Origin: Armatimonadota bacterium
GTDB lineage: Bacteria > Armatimonadota > UBA10988
Direction of reading: 5' to 3'
NCBI GenBank assembly: GCA_016235455.1
Contig: JACRKZ010000043.1
Coordinates: forward strand, 1 to 64,000
DNA length: 64,000 bases
A program made the position numbers and the translations under genes. Under the pieces are notes generated by a model. The model was not told the DNA's origin, searched no databases, and saw only the letters and a program-made list of their open reading frames with translations. Positions 1 to 9,539 of this stretch are shown piece after piece. Each line of letters starts with the position of its first letter. Position 1 is the stretch's first letter.

Positions 1-1195
1 GCGGCGGCTGGGCACTGGGGGCATCGCGCTGGAGGTGGCGGACGCGCTGGCGCAGGCCACCGGCTACGGCCAGCGCTGGCGCGGGCACAAAGGCCACATC
101 ATCTACGACATCGAACGCGCCAAACTCGTGCTGCAGGAGCTGGCCGGCGCGGCGGGCGCGGAACTGCTGCTGCAGACCTGGCTGTCTTCGGCCATCGTCG
201 AGCAGGGCGTCCTGCGCGGCGTGGTGGTCGAGAGCAAGTCCGGCCGCGAGGCGCTGCTGGCCAAGGTGGTGGTCGACGCTACGGGCGACGCCGATGTGGC
301 GGCCAGCGCCGGCGCGCCGCTGCGTCTGCTGGCCAACGGCGTGCACAGCCTCTGCTTTCGCCTGGGCCGGGTGGATGTCGATGCCTTCGTGGGCTACTTC
401 CGCGCCCATCCCGAGCAGTTCCCCGAGTACATGGATGTGGACTGGTCGCTGGCCGAGGCCCTGGCGCAGTACGACGACTGCGGCACGTTCCTCTTTCCCC
501 ATGGCGGCGGCATGCAGATGGAGGCCTTCGCGCGGGCCAAGGCCAGCGGCGACCTGCCGGCGCAGGTGGGCATCCAGGACACCACCGACGCCTGTCAGAT
601 GCACCTGTTGCGGCACACCGGCATGGCGCACATCATCACCGGCTTCACCCACTTCGACGGCCTCGACGCCGAGCGCATCAGCCGCAGTGTGCTGGACGGC
701 CGGCGCATGGCGTTCGTGGTGGCAGAGGTCTACCGGCGGCATATCCCCGGCTTCGCCGATGCCTTCATCGACGGCACGGCCACCACGCTGGGCGTGCGCA
801 CCTCGCGCTATCTGGACGGCGACTACCAGATGACCGACGCCGATCTGCGCTCGGGCGCGCGTCAGCCCGACTGCGTGGGTCGGTTTGTGGCCTACGACCA
901 TGTGCGCAAGCACACCGGGCCCAACGCCTGGGGCTCGCAGGTCTGCCACGACGAGCCGTCCGACCTGCCCCTGCGCTGCCTGCTGCCACGCGGCATCGAC
1001 GGCCTGCTCATGGGCGCCGGACGCAGCATCAGCATCAGCAACCCGTCGGCTTTGCGCGCCATGGTGCACACCATGGTGGTCGGTCAGGCCGCTGGCACGA
1101 CGGCGGCGGTGGCGGCCAAAGACGGTGTGGCGCCTCGCGCGGTGGCGGTGGCGGCGGTGCAGAGCGAGCTGCGGCGGCAGGGCGTGAGCCTATAG
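1..1195 (+). CDS. FAD-dependent oxidoreductase (FAD_oxidored family), 5'-truncated by the window edge
   Basis: Frame is open from position 2. Motifs VVVDATGDADVA, LGVRTSR and LPLRCLLPRGIDGLLMGAGRSIS; C-terminal GQAAGTTAA...VQSELRRQG. Confidence 0.85.
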   Translation, partial: RRLGTGGIALEVADALAQATGYGQRWRGHKGHIIYDIERAKLVLQELAGAAGAELLLQTWLSSAIVEQGVLRGVVVESKSGREALLAKVVVDATGDADVAASAGAPLRLLANGVHSLCFRLGRVDVDAFVGYFRAHPEQFPEYMDVDWSLAEALAQYDDCGTFLFPHGGGMQMEAFARAKASGDLPAQVGIQDTTDACQMHLLRHTGMAHIITGFTHFDGLDAERISRSVLDGRRMAFVVAEVYRRHIPGFADAFIDGTATTLGVRTSRYLDGDYQMTDADLRSGARQPDCVGRFVAYDHVRKHTGPNAWGSQVCHDEPSDLPLRCLLPRGIDGLLMGAGRSISISNPSALRAMVHTMVVGQAAGTTAAVAAKDGVAPRAVAVAAVQSELRRQGVSL

Positions 1196-2332
1196 CCGGC
1201 CGGCCACCCGCCTGTAGACGTCAGCCACCAGCGCCACCTGCCGGCGTACGTCCAGCGCCTCATCGGCCCAGGCGCTGGCCGCCGCGCCGAGCCGCGCGCG
1301 TAGCGTTGCATCACCGGCCAGGGCCAGCAGCGCTGCGGCCAGGGCCGTGCTGTCCGCCGGCGGTACCAGCCGGCCGGTGACGCCATCGTCGATCAACTCG
1401 GCCGAGCCTTGCACCGCCGTGGCCAGGCAGGGGCGACCGAGGGCCATGGCTTCCATGAGTGCATAGGGGCAGCCCTCGAACAGCGACGGCAGCACGAACA
1501 GGTCGGCGACCGGCAGATAGCGCGGCGCCTGGCTCACGCGGCCGACGAAGCGGACGTGGTCGGCGATGCCCAGCCCGTCGGCCTGAGCGCGCAGTTCCGG
1601 TTCCAGGGGGCCGTCGCCGACCAGCAGCAGCACCGCGTCGGGGTAGGTGGCGACCACCGTGCGCCAGGCATCCAGCAGGTGGCGGTCGCCCTTCTGCTCG
1701 GCGCGGCGACCGATGGTCACCGCCACGAGCTGGTCGGCGGTGAGCCCCAGTTCGGCGCGGGTGAGCGGGGTGAGCGCGCGGAGCGCGGCCAGGTCGATGC
1801 CGTTGCGCGCGGTGATCAGCTTGTCCGGCGGGGCGATGTGCCAATCGAGCGCGGCCTGGTACTCACCGACGCTGACGGGCAGGATGGCGGTCGACCAGCG
1901 GCCGGCCCAGCGCTCGAGCGCAGCGAACAGCCGGCGTCGGCGCGGCGCGAACTCGTCGTTGAGGAAGGCCCAGCCGTTGGGTGTGTAGAGCGACGGGACG
2001 CCGGCCCAGCGCGCGGCGAGCCGCGCCAGCAAGCCGGCCTTGGACGAGTGGGCGTGGACGATGTCGAACCGGCCGCGAGCCAGCACGCCGCGCAGCCAGA
2101 GCAATGCGCGCAAGTCGGCCCAGGGGCGGATGGCGCGCTGCATGGGGCCGACCAGCACGGTGACGCCGCGCTGGCGGAAGCGCTCCAGATCGGCCTCGGC
2201 GCCGGGTCCGCGGCTCAGGCCGACGGCCACGGTCAGCTCGAACTCGGCGGGGTCGAGCCCCAGCACTAGGTCGCGCAGATGGGTCAGCGTACCGCCTTCG
2301 GTGGCCTCGAGGACCAGCAGCACGCGGGTCAT
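1190..2332 (-). CDS. Glycosyltransferase family 4 (GT-B fold)
   Basis: DIVHAHSSKAG and FVLPSLFEGCPYALMEAMALG (EX7E motif). Confidence 0.92.
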   Translation of the reverse strand: MTRVLLVLEATEGGTLTHLRDLVLGLDPAEFELTVAVGLSRGPGAEADLERFRQRGVTVLVGPMQRAIRPWADLRALLWLRGVLARGRFDIVHAHSSKAGLLARLAARWAGVPSLYTPNGWAFLNDEFAPRRRRLFAALERWAGRWSTAILPVSVGEYQAALDWHIAPPDKLITARNGIDLAALRALTPLTRAELGLTADQLVAVTIGRRAEQKGDRHLLDAWRTVVATYPDAVLLLVGDGPLEPELRAQADGLGIADHVRFVGRVSQAPRYLPVADLFVLPSLFEGCPYALMEAMALGRPCLATAVQGSAELIDDGVTGRLVPPADSTALAAALLALAGDATLRARLGAAASAWADEALDVRRQVALVADVYRRVAGRL

Positions 2333-2333
2333 A

Positions 2334-4028
2334 TCAACCTCGGCGCAGCTTGCCGCGCACCTTGGCCATCAGCGGCTCCAACTCGTCGATCTTGAACAGC
2401 GCGGCCGTGACGAGGTAGGCGCCGAAGCTGGCGGCACCGGTGCCGGCGACGAAGGCCAGCGCCAGCTTGCGGTTGGTCAGGTCGAGATGCACTGCGTGAG
2501 CGCCGAATCGACAGGCCAGGATCGCGACCGCCATGACCGCGCACGAGGCCACGGTCTTGAGCGCCATCCGGCTCAGGCTGGGCCAGTTGAAGCTGGTCAG
2601 GCGGGGCCGCAGCTTGTGCCACATGAGGACGACCTTGACCGTCTTGGCGATGGCGAAGCCCATGGCGATGCCGACATTGCCGAGGCCCAACTGCAGGCCC
2701 ATGAGCCACGCAATGGCCACCTGCAGCACGCTGGCGCCCAGGCCGATCCAGAACGGCGTTTTGGTGTCGCGGTGGGCGTAGAAGACCTGCAGCGCGATGA
2801 TCTCCAGCGCGTAGAAGATCATGGCCACGGCATACACGTCGAAGGCCCGCGTGACGAGGTCGACCGAGGCATTGCCGAACTTGCCGGACTTGTAGACCAC
2901 GGTGATGATCTCCGAGCCCAGCAGCAGGAAGAACAGCGTGATCGGCGCGAAGACGAAGATCATGTTGCGCGACGCGCTGAGGAAGGCGTCGGTGACCTTG
3001 TCCTTCTGCTTGCGTAGCGCCCAGTCGGCGAGGAACGGGAACAGCGCGATGCCCAGCGCATACGGCAGAATGTTGATCGGCAGCCAGACCGTCTTGCGGG
3101 CGAAGTCGAGCGAGGCGGCGGTGCCTTCGATCAACTGGCTGGCCCGCCAGGCGATGCCGAACTCGGCCAGGTCGCGCACCTTGCCGATAACGCTACCGGC
3201 CAGCAGCGGCAGCATCAGCAGGCCCAGCTCCCGCAGGTGCGGGCAGCGCAGGTTGATGCCGGGCCGCGCCATGCGCAGCTTGGGTCCAAGGGCGATGAGG
3301 TGGGTCAGCCACTTGAACACGCCGCCCAGGATGAAGCCGAGAGCGTAGCCGATGGGATCCTGGCTGCCGAACCCGACACTCATGATGACGATGCCCACCA
3401 CGATGCCGAGCTTCTGCGCCACATCGCCCATGGCCGGGCTGACGAAGCGCTTGTAGGCGTTGAGCAGTACGTAGGTCAGTGAGCCCATGGAGGTGCAGAA
3501 CAGGCCGATGAACGCGATGCGCACCACATACACGGTGATGTTGAACTTGGCCAGTTCGGCCGCGTAGTTGCCCTCGCCTGGCGTCGGCAGCTCCAGGATG
3601 ACGCCGCAGAACCAGCGGGTGCAACTCATGCCGACGATGGTCACCAGCACGAGGATCAGCGCCTGGAGGGTGCCGACCTGCGAGGCCAATGTCCAGGCCT
3701 CACGCTCGTCGGGGCCGGCCTGTTCGTCGCCACGTCGCACCTTGTTGAACACCGGCAGCAACGAATGGGTCAGCAGTTCCTCGGGGATGTAGTAGATCGA
3801 CTGGAAGACCTTCTCGACCGCGGCGGCGACATCGCCCATGGAGGACGTGCCAAAGAAGTGCGCGAGTACCATCTTCTGGATGATGCCGCCAAAGCGCGCC
3901 AGCAGGTGCACGCCCATCAGCGCCAGGGCCACCAGGCCAAAGCCGTGCCGGCCTTTGGTCTCGGCCGGCGTCTCCGCCGAGCCAGATTCAGCCGGTGTCA
4001 CCACTTGGTCCCGAGGTTCGTCCGCCAT
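2334..4028 (-). CDS. murJ: MurJ/MviN-family lipid II (MOP) flippase
   Basis: Many TM helices; LAHFFGTS, IALFPFLA and FYAHRDTKTP motifs typical of MviN. Confidence 0.85.
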   Translation of the reverse strand: MADEPRDQVVTPAESGSAETPAETKGRHGFGLVALALMGVHLLARFGGIIQKMVLAHFFGTSSMGDVAAAVEKVFQSIYYIPEELLTHSLLPVFNKVRRGDEQAGPDEREAWTLASQVGTLQALILVLVTIVGMSCTRWFCGVILELPTPGEGNYAAELAKFNITVYVVRIAFIGLFCTSMGSLTYVLLNAYKRFVSPAMGDVAQKLGIVVGIVIMSVGFGSQDPIGYALGFILGGVFKWLTHLIALGPKLRMARPGINLRCPHLRELGLLMLPLLAGSVIGKVRDLAEFGIAWRASQLIEGTAASLDFARKTVWLPINILPYALGIALFPFLADWALRKQKDKVTDAFLSASRNMIFVFAPITLFFLLLGSEIITVVYKSGKFGNASVDLVTRAFDVYAVAMIFYALEIIALQVFYAHRDTKTPFWIGLGASVLQVAIAWLMGLQLGLGNVGIAMGFAIAKTVKVVLMWHKLRPRLTSFNWPSLSRMALKTVASCAVMAVAILACRFGAHAVHLDLTNRKLALAFVAGTGAASFGAYLVTAALFKIDELEPLMAKVRGKLRRG

Positions 4029-5190
4029 TCAAGCTACCCAACCCATCCACTGATCGGCCATGCATGGAAACCAGCCAGCGCGCCAGCCTTGCGGTGTTGA
4101 CTTCCAGATCGAAGCGATGTTCCACTCGCGCGCGCGCCTTTGCCACCAGGCCGGCCGCCAGCACGCCGTCGGCCAGCACGCGCGACAGCGCCTCGGCCAG
4201 CGCCGCGGGGTCGCCCGGCGGCACCAGAAGCCCGGTCTGACCGTGCGCGATGGCGTCCTCGGCGCTGCCCGCCGGCGTCGACATCACGGGCACACCCGTG
4301 GCCATGGCCTCCAGGATCACGTTGGCCAGCCCGTCGCGATCGCCCGAGGCGGTCACCCGCGACGGCAGCGCCAGCGCGCTGGCCTGCGCCAGCCAGCCGC
4401 GCACGTGCTCGGGCGGGATTTGGCCCGGCAACTCCAGCCCGACTCCCAGGTCGGCGGCCAAGGCCAGCAGTCGCGCGCGCTCTGGCCCATCACCCAGGAC
4501 GACCAGCCGCGGCCTGGGGTTCAGCATGGCCAGGGCGCGCACCAGCGTGTCGAAACCCTTCTTGGGCACCAGCCGGCCCACGCCGAGCACCAGCGGCGGC
4601 GCGGGGCAAGACTCGCGTTGCGGCCATTGCGCCAGAGGGAGTCCGTGCGGCAGCCAGGTCACACAGCCCGGCCCGAGTCGGCTGGCCAAGGTGCGCCAGG
4701 CCACGCGGTTGCAGGTGACGAAGCCGCGCGCCTCGTGCCAGGCGGCATCGCGCACCTGGCTCGTGACGAACACGTCGAAGGCGTGGCCGGCCACGGTGTA
4801 GGCGGGTCCGCCGAGCTGGTGTGCCATCCAGGCCAGGTCGGCCGGCAGGTTGGCCCAGGCGGCGTGCAGCGCATCGCAGCCCTGGTCGACCATCTGCTCG
4901 GCCAGCCACAACGCGGTGGTGATGTGGCGCAACTGCGCCGCGCTGCGGCAGCCGGCGGTGATGCGCGCCAGCTCCGGCCGCCGGCGCAGGATGGGATGCC
5001 ACGAGTCTGGCCGCCGACCGTGCGCCACGAGGCTCGGCGCATAGCACGCCAGCGGGTCGCGGTGGCCATTGCCGGGCCGCAGCGCGAAGACCCGCAGATC
5101 GATACCGGCGGCGCGCAGGCCGTCGACCTCGCGCGCGAGGAAAGTCTCCGACGGCGACGGCCAGACCGCGGTTAGGTAGGCCAGTCGCAT
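3988..5190 (-). CDS. Glycosyltransferase family 4 (WcaL-like)
   Basis: N-terminal SETFLAREV; VGRLVPKKG and GDRDGLANVILEAMATG motifs; GGAGG-like RBS not evident, ATG at 5190. Confidence 0.9.
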   Translation of the reverse strand: MRLAYLTAVWPSPSETFLAREVDGLRAAGIDLRVFALRPGNGHRDPLACYAPSLVAHGRRPDSWHPILRRRPELARITAGCRSAAQLRHITTALWLAEQMVDQGCDALHAAWANLPADLAWMAHQLGGPAYTVAGHAFDVFVTSQVRDAAWHEARGFVTCNRVAWRTLASRLGPGCVTWLPHGLPLAQWPQRESCPAPPLVLGVGRLVPKKGFDTLVRALAMLNPRPRLVVLGDGPERARLLALAADLGVGLELPGQIPPEHVRGWLAQASALALPSRVTASGDRDGLANVILEAMATGVPVMSTPAGSAEDAIAHGQTGLLVPPGDPAALAEALSRVLADGVLAAGLVAKARARVEHRFDLEVNTARLARWLVSMHGRSVDGLGSLNGGRTSGPSGDTG

Positions 5191-5198
5191 GGGAGGAC

Positions 5199-5630
5199 CT
5201 AGGCTTCCGGCTGGCTTGGCCGCGCCAGTCCATTCTGGCCTGGCGCGGCGAGTCGGGGCTGCCCCTGCAACTCGACCGGCGGCTCGGCCAGCGTGCGGCG
5301 CAGACGCCAGAACGGTGTGCGCGCCAACCGGGTCAGCCAGCGCCAGACGGCCTCGCGGGCCTCGGCCAGTCGGCTTTCGGCGGCTTGCCGGGCCTGCTCG
5401 GCCTGCTCGCGCGCGCGGCGCTCGGCGTCCGCCTCGGCCTGCAGCCGGCGCGTGGCCTGCTCGGCGCGGTCCAACTCGGCGCGCAACGCCGCGGTCAGCG
5501 CCTCGGCGATGGCCGCGCGGCGCTCACTGTCGGCCAGCCGCTCCACCATGGCCAGCGCCGGATCCGGTGGCTCCGGCTGCGTCGGCGCGGCCGGCGTCTT
5601 GGCGACGCCGTTGGTCGGGCGGGGGGTCAT
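5199..5630 (-). CDS. Hypothetical coiled-coil protein (~143 aa)
   Basis: ATG at 5630 preceded by GAGGATGAG; A/E/R-rich heptads; stop lies 8 nt before the GT4 start. The start could be further upstream. Confidence 0.55.
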   Translation of the reverse strand: MTPRPTNGVAKTPAAPTQPEPPDPALAMVERLADSERRAAIAEALTAALRAELDRAEQATRRLQAEADAERRAREQAEQARQAAESRLAEAREAVWRWLTRLARTPFWRLRRTLAEPPVELQGQPRLAAPGQNGLARPSQPEA

Positions 5631-5827
5631 CTCATCCTCGGCCCATTCGATCAGGCCGCGGTGCATGCCATTGCGTGACGTTTCCATGGAGGGTTTGGAG
5701 TCCTGGGGCGGGGTCGATGTTGCCGAAACGCAACCAACGCGGCGCATTTGGGTCACCATGCAGGACAGTTGCTGTCAACGCGCAACTGCACAGACCCGGT
5801 ATGTGCGGCGGGCAAGGGAGTAGGGCC

Positions 5828-7279
5828 ATGATGGGACGCGAAGTCGGACGCTGGCTGAGCTTGGTGCTGGTCGTCGTATCGCTGGCGGGAGCGGCCCCCT
5901 ATGCCGACCCGGATGGCGCCTACGCGCTGGATCTGCCCGCCGGCTGGTCGGCTGACCGGCAGGTCATCCCGGACATGGGCGTGCTGACCCGCTTCGGCGC
6001 CGCGGGCGACACCACCAACCCGTTCGCGGTGTTCGTGGTCACCGCCGAGCGCGACAGCACCGAGGCCGACCTGGCGCCCGCCGCCGAGCGGCTGCTGGGC
6101 CTGGTGGTCGGCGCGCTGGGCAACGACGGCGAGGTGCTCACCCAGACGAGTGGCGCGGCGCGCTTCGCCGGTCAGGCCGCCGTGCGCGGCGACGCCACCC
6201 ACCGACCCCGCGGCGAGGCTCGCACCTTCGCGGTCAAGGCCTTTGTGGTGACCCACGGGCGCTGGGCCTATGTGGTCATGACCAATGCGCCCCAGGGCGA
6301 CGCCGCGGCCGCGGCCAGGCTCGACGCCGTGGCGGCCACCGTGGCGCTGGCCAGCAAGACCCCCGCCTCGGCGGGCGCCTTCACCCAAGGCAACCTGACT
6401 GCCGCGGCCCGGCGGCTCAGCGGTGGCTCGCAGCCCAAGCTGACCGATGTGCTGGCCCCCGGCGACCCGCCGCTGACCGTGGCCTCGGTGGTGCACTTCG
6501 CGGGGCTGCTGGCCTATCTGTTCGATGTGCAGCTCACCGAGACCGAGTACGAGATGACCTGCGGCCAGTTCATCGAGTACTACAACAAGGGCGATGCCCA
6601 AGGCAAGCAGATCCTCGCCACATCGGCCACGAGCATCCTGACCAATCTGCAGCAGGGCACCGCCGAAGAGAAGGCCAAGAACCGCGCCGAGGTCGAGGCC
6701 GTCTTCCGCGATCGCCTGCAGAACGGCGCCAAGGCCGGCATCCCCTGGGCGCAGGCGCTGTGGTCAGCCATCGAGCGGCGCCATCAGACCGTGGCCACGA
6801 CCGCCGCCAAGCCCACCACGCAGCAGACCGACCAGGGCTACGACACCGACCTGTCCGAGGCCGACCTGGACGCCGCGTGTGAGATGCTCTACTTCATGTG
6901 GGTGGCTGCCGGGCGCGATGCGAAGTACTGCACGCCGGAAGCCTTGCAGACGGTGCGCGCGTTGCTGGCCAAGGGCTTCCCCACGTTCCCCCAGCAACTC
7001 CAGGTCATCCTGGCCAACGCCCAGAAGGTCTACAGCCAGTTGCGCGGTGTGTACCTCCAGGCCACGCCGCAGGCCAAGGCGCAGTATGGCAAGGAGTTCG
7101 CCCATGCACTCGACGTGCTGGGCCTCAAAGACCCCAACCGGCAGCCGAGTGCCTGGGACGATGTCGATCCTAGCAACCTGGCCGGCGAACTGGTGCAGAC
7201 CACCTGCTGGAACCTGTCGCAGCGCGCTACCGGCGGCGCCTGGCCCAGCAGCCCGCGCGGTAGCGGCCCCTGGGGCTAA
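5828..7279 (+). CDS. Secreted hypothetical protein: N-terminal PsbP/DcrB-like domain and helical C-terminal domain
   Basis: GGGAG RBS before ATG 5828; signal peptide RWLSLVLVVVSLAGA; YADPDGAYALDLPAGW resembles the start of a PsbP-like fold. Confidence 0.7.
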   Translation: MMGREVGRWLSLVLVVVSLAGAAPYADPDGAYALDLPAGWSADRQVIPDMGVLTRFGAAGDTTNPFAVFVVTAERDSTEADLAPAAERLLGLVVGALGNDGEVLTQTSGAARFAGQAAVRGDATHRPRGEARTFAVKAFVVTHGRWAYVVMTNAPQGDAAAAARLDAVAATVALASKTPASAGAFTQGNLTAAARRLSGGSQPKLTDVLAPGDPPLTVASVVHFAGLLAYLFDVQLTETEYEMTCGQFIEYYNKGDAQGKQILATSATSILTNLQQGTAEEKAKNRAEVEAVFRDRLQNGAKAGIPWAQALWSAIERRHQTVATTAAKPTTQQTDQGYDTDLSEADLDAACEMLYFMWVAAGRDAKYCTPEALQTVRALLAKGFPTFPQQLQVILANAQKVYSQLRGVYLQATPQAKAQYGKEFAHALDVLGLKDPNRQPSAWDDVDPSNLAGELVQTTCWNLSQRATGGAWPSSPRGSGPWG

Positions 7280-7333
7280 GGGCCGACAGAGCGCTGGAGC
7301 TGCTACAATCTGACCGCGGAGATCGGAGCGGCT

Positions 7334-8689
7334 GTGGCGCAGGCAGAGCAGGGACTGAAGGCTATCTGGGCGGGCGAGCGTCGCCCGCTCATCGCCCTGG
7401 CGGTGGTCTACCTGGCGCTCGCGGCGCTCTACACCTACGTCATCCCGCTACGCTTTGGGCCGGACGAGATCCGCCACTACAACTACGTCAAGCGCCTGGT
7501 GACCAAGCACGCGCTGCCGGCGCTGGACGCCGCGGGCAACGAGCTTGATGGCGCCATCGTCTTCCATCCGCCGGGTTACTACCTGCTGCTCAGCCCCATC
7601 TACGCGGCCTGCCACGGCTTGGGCGACGACGTCACGCTGCGTCTCATGCGCGCCACATCACCGCTGCTCGTCGGCGCGGCGCTGGCCTTCTTCTGGCTGG
7701 CGCTGGCCCGGCTCTACCCCGATCGACGACGCCTCAGGCTGACCGCCGTGGCCGTCTTCGCGCTACTGCCGCATGTGCAGCTCGAATCGGCGGTGATCAA
7801 CAACGATGTCCTGGCCATCCTCATGGGGGCGCTGCTGTTCTGGCAGTATGCGCGCCTCAACGACCGGTTGCCCACGCTGGCCGACTCGCTCTGGATGGGC
7901 CTGACCATGACCGTGTTCGTCAACGCCAAGGGTCAGGGCGTCACGGTCAGCCCGCTATGGCTGCTCTGGCTGCTGTGCAGCTTCGGTCGGGGCAGTCTGC
8001 GGCGTCGCGAGTTCTGGATCGCGCTGGCCGCCGGCTACCTGCCTGTGCTGCTGCTGGGCTCGCCCTGGTTCATCCACAACCTGCGCGTGTATGGCCAGCC
8101 ATTGCTCATCGCCGGCGGCTCGGAGCCGCGCAACGCACATGGCCAGCCCTATGCCGCGGGCGGGTTGCTGCTCGAAGGGCTGCTGCTGCTACCCACGTTC
8201 TGGGGGCTTGTGTGGCGCGGCGTGGGCGGGCTGTTCCATAGCTTCTGGACGCAGGTCGGCTGGTTCCCCGCCGGTGCGGCCCGGCTGCTCTACTGGGCGA
8301 TTGGCGGGCTCGTCGCGCTGGCCGCCGCGGGCAACGCCAGGCTGGGCCTGGCCGCGCGGCAGGCCGGCGAGTGGTGGTGGCAGGCCTGGCCGCGCGCCGT
8401 GCGCTTTGGCTTCCTGGCCTATGCCATGGTCTGGCTGAACATCATGGCCATCGCCGTGCTCAAACACATCGGCTGGTATCAGGGCGGGCGCTACACGCTG
8501 CCGGTCGGCTACGGTGTCATCCTCTTCCTGGCGCTGGGCTGGTCGGCGCTGAGCGACTCGGAGCGCGGCCGCCGGCTGCTCTGCTGGCTGGGCGTGGTCT
8601 GGTTCGGGCTGCTCAACCTGTTCTGCCTGTACAACCTGGTTTTCGTGCTCAACCCGCGTTACGCGCCGCACTGGCGGCCCTTCGGATAG
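7334..8689 (+). CDS. Integral-membrane GT-C glycosyltransferase (ArnT/PMT-like, DUF2142-like)
   Basis: GPDEIRH after TM1, FHPPGYY, INNDVLA and QGGRY motifs; multiple TM helices. Confidence 0.75.
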   Translation: MAQAEQGLKAIWAGERRPLIALAVVYLALAALYTYVIPLRFGPDEIRHYNYVKRLVTKHALPALDAAGNELDGAIVFHPPGYYLLLSPIYAACHGLGDDVTLRLMRATSPLLVGAALAFFWLALARLYPDRRRLRLTAVAVFALLPHVQLESAVINNDVLAILMGALLFWQYARLNDRLPTLADSLWMGLTMTVFVNAKGQGVTVSPLWLLWLLCSFGRGSLRRREFWIALAAGYLPVLLLGSPWFIHNLRVYGQPLLIAGGSEPRNAHGQPYAAGGLLLEGLLLLPTFWGLVWRGVGGLFHSFWTQVGWFPAGAARLLYWAIGGLVALAAAGNARLGLAARQAGEWWWQAWPRAVRFGFLAYAMVWLNIMAIAVLKHIGWYQGGRYTLPVGYGVILFLALGWSALSDSERGRRLLCWLGVVWFGLLNLFCLYNLVFVLNPRYAPHWRPFG

Positions 8690-8710
8690 CCTGCCCGAGG
8701 AGGGCCGACC

Positions 8711-9463
8711 ATGCTCAATGGACAGCGCATCGTGGTGGTCATGCCGGCCTACAACGCCGCCGGCACGCTGGAGCAGACGGTGGCCGAGGTGCCGCGCGAC
8801 GTGGTCGACGACATCATCGTGGTGGACGACGCCAGCCACGACGACACGGCCGAGGTGGCCCGCCGGCTGAACCTGCATACGCTGGTCCACGAGCGCAACC
8901 GCGGCTATGGCGGCAACCAGAAGACCTGCTACGCCGAGGCGCTCGCCCGCGGCGCCGACGTCGTGGTCATGGTGCACCCGGACTACCAGTACTCGCCGCG
9001 CCTCATCGCCGCCATGGCCAGCATGATCGCCTATGGCGAGTACGACGCCGCGCTGGGCTCGCGCATCCTGCGCGGTTCGGCCTGGAACAGCGGCATGCCC
9101 CGCTGGAAGTACATCGCCAACCGTGGCTTGACCCTGGGCCAGAACATGCTCATGGACACCAAGATGTCCGAGTATCACACCGGCTTCCGGGCCTTCTCGC
9201 GCCGCGTGCTGGAAACGCTCCCGCTGGACGTGAACAGCGACGACTTCGTGTTCGACAACCAGATGCTCGCGCAGGTCGTCTGGTACGGCTTCAACCTGGG
9301 CGAGCTGAGCTGCCCGTCGCGCTATGAGCCCGGCTCGTCGAGCATCAACTTCCGCCGGTCCGTGGTCTACGGGCTCGGCGTGGTCGGCACGGCGGTCACC
9401 TATCGGCTGGCCCGCTGGGGCTGGAGCCACTCGCCGCTGTTCCCGCCGCCGCCCGAAGGCTGA
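8711..9463 (+). CDS. GT2 polyprenol-phosphate glycosyltransferase (DPM1-like)
   Basis: VVMPAYNAA, VVDDAS, NRGYGGNQK, HPDYQY and HTGFRAFSR motifs; GAGGAGG RBS. Confidence 0.92.
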   Translation: MLNGQRIVVVMPAYNAAGTLEQTVAEVPRDVVDDIIVVDDASHDDTAEVARRLNLHTLVHERNRGYGGNQKTCYAEALARGADVVVMVHPDYQYSPRLIAAMASMIAYGEYDAALGSRILRGSAWNSGMPRWKYIANRGLTLGQNMLMDTKMSEYHTGFRAFSRRVLETLPLDVNSDDFVFDNQMLAQVVWYGFNLGELSCPSRYEPGSSSINFRRSVVYGLGVVGTAVTYRLARWGWSHSPLFPPPPEG

Positions 9464-9539
9464 GGCCTGGCAAACGTCCGCGTAACGCGGCGTTGGGCGC
9501 ACCTCGCGTATAATGGAGGCGACCAGGAGCAGCAGACCG

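Noticed and set aside
5764-5790. Short inverted repeats (cagttgc...gcaactg) in a divergent promoter region
   Set aside because: 7-bp arms could be chance; no matching regulator recognised.
5189-5827. N-terminal extension of the 696-aa ORF
   Set aside because: Low-complexity R/P/A sequence antisense to another ORF; the signal peptide and RBS point to 5828.
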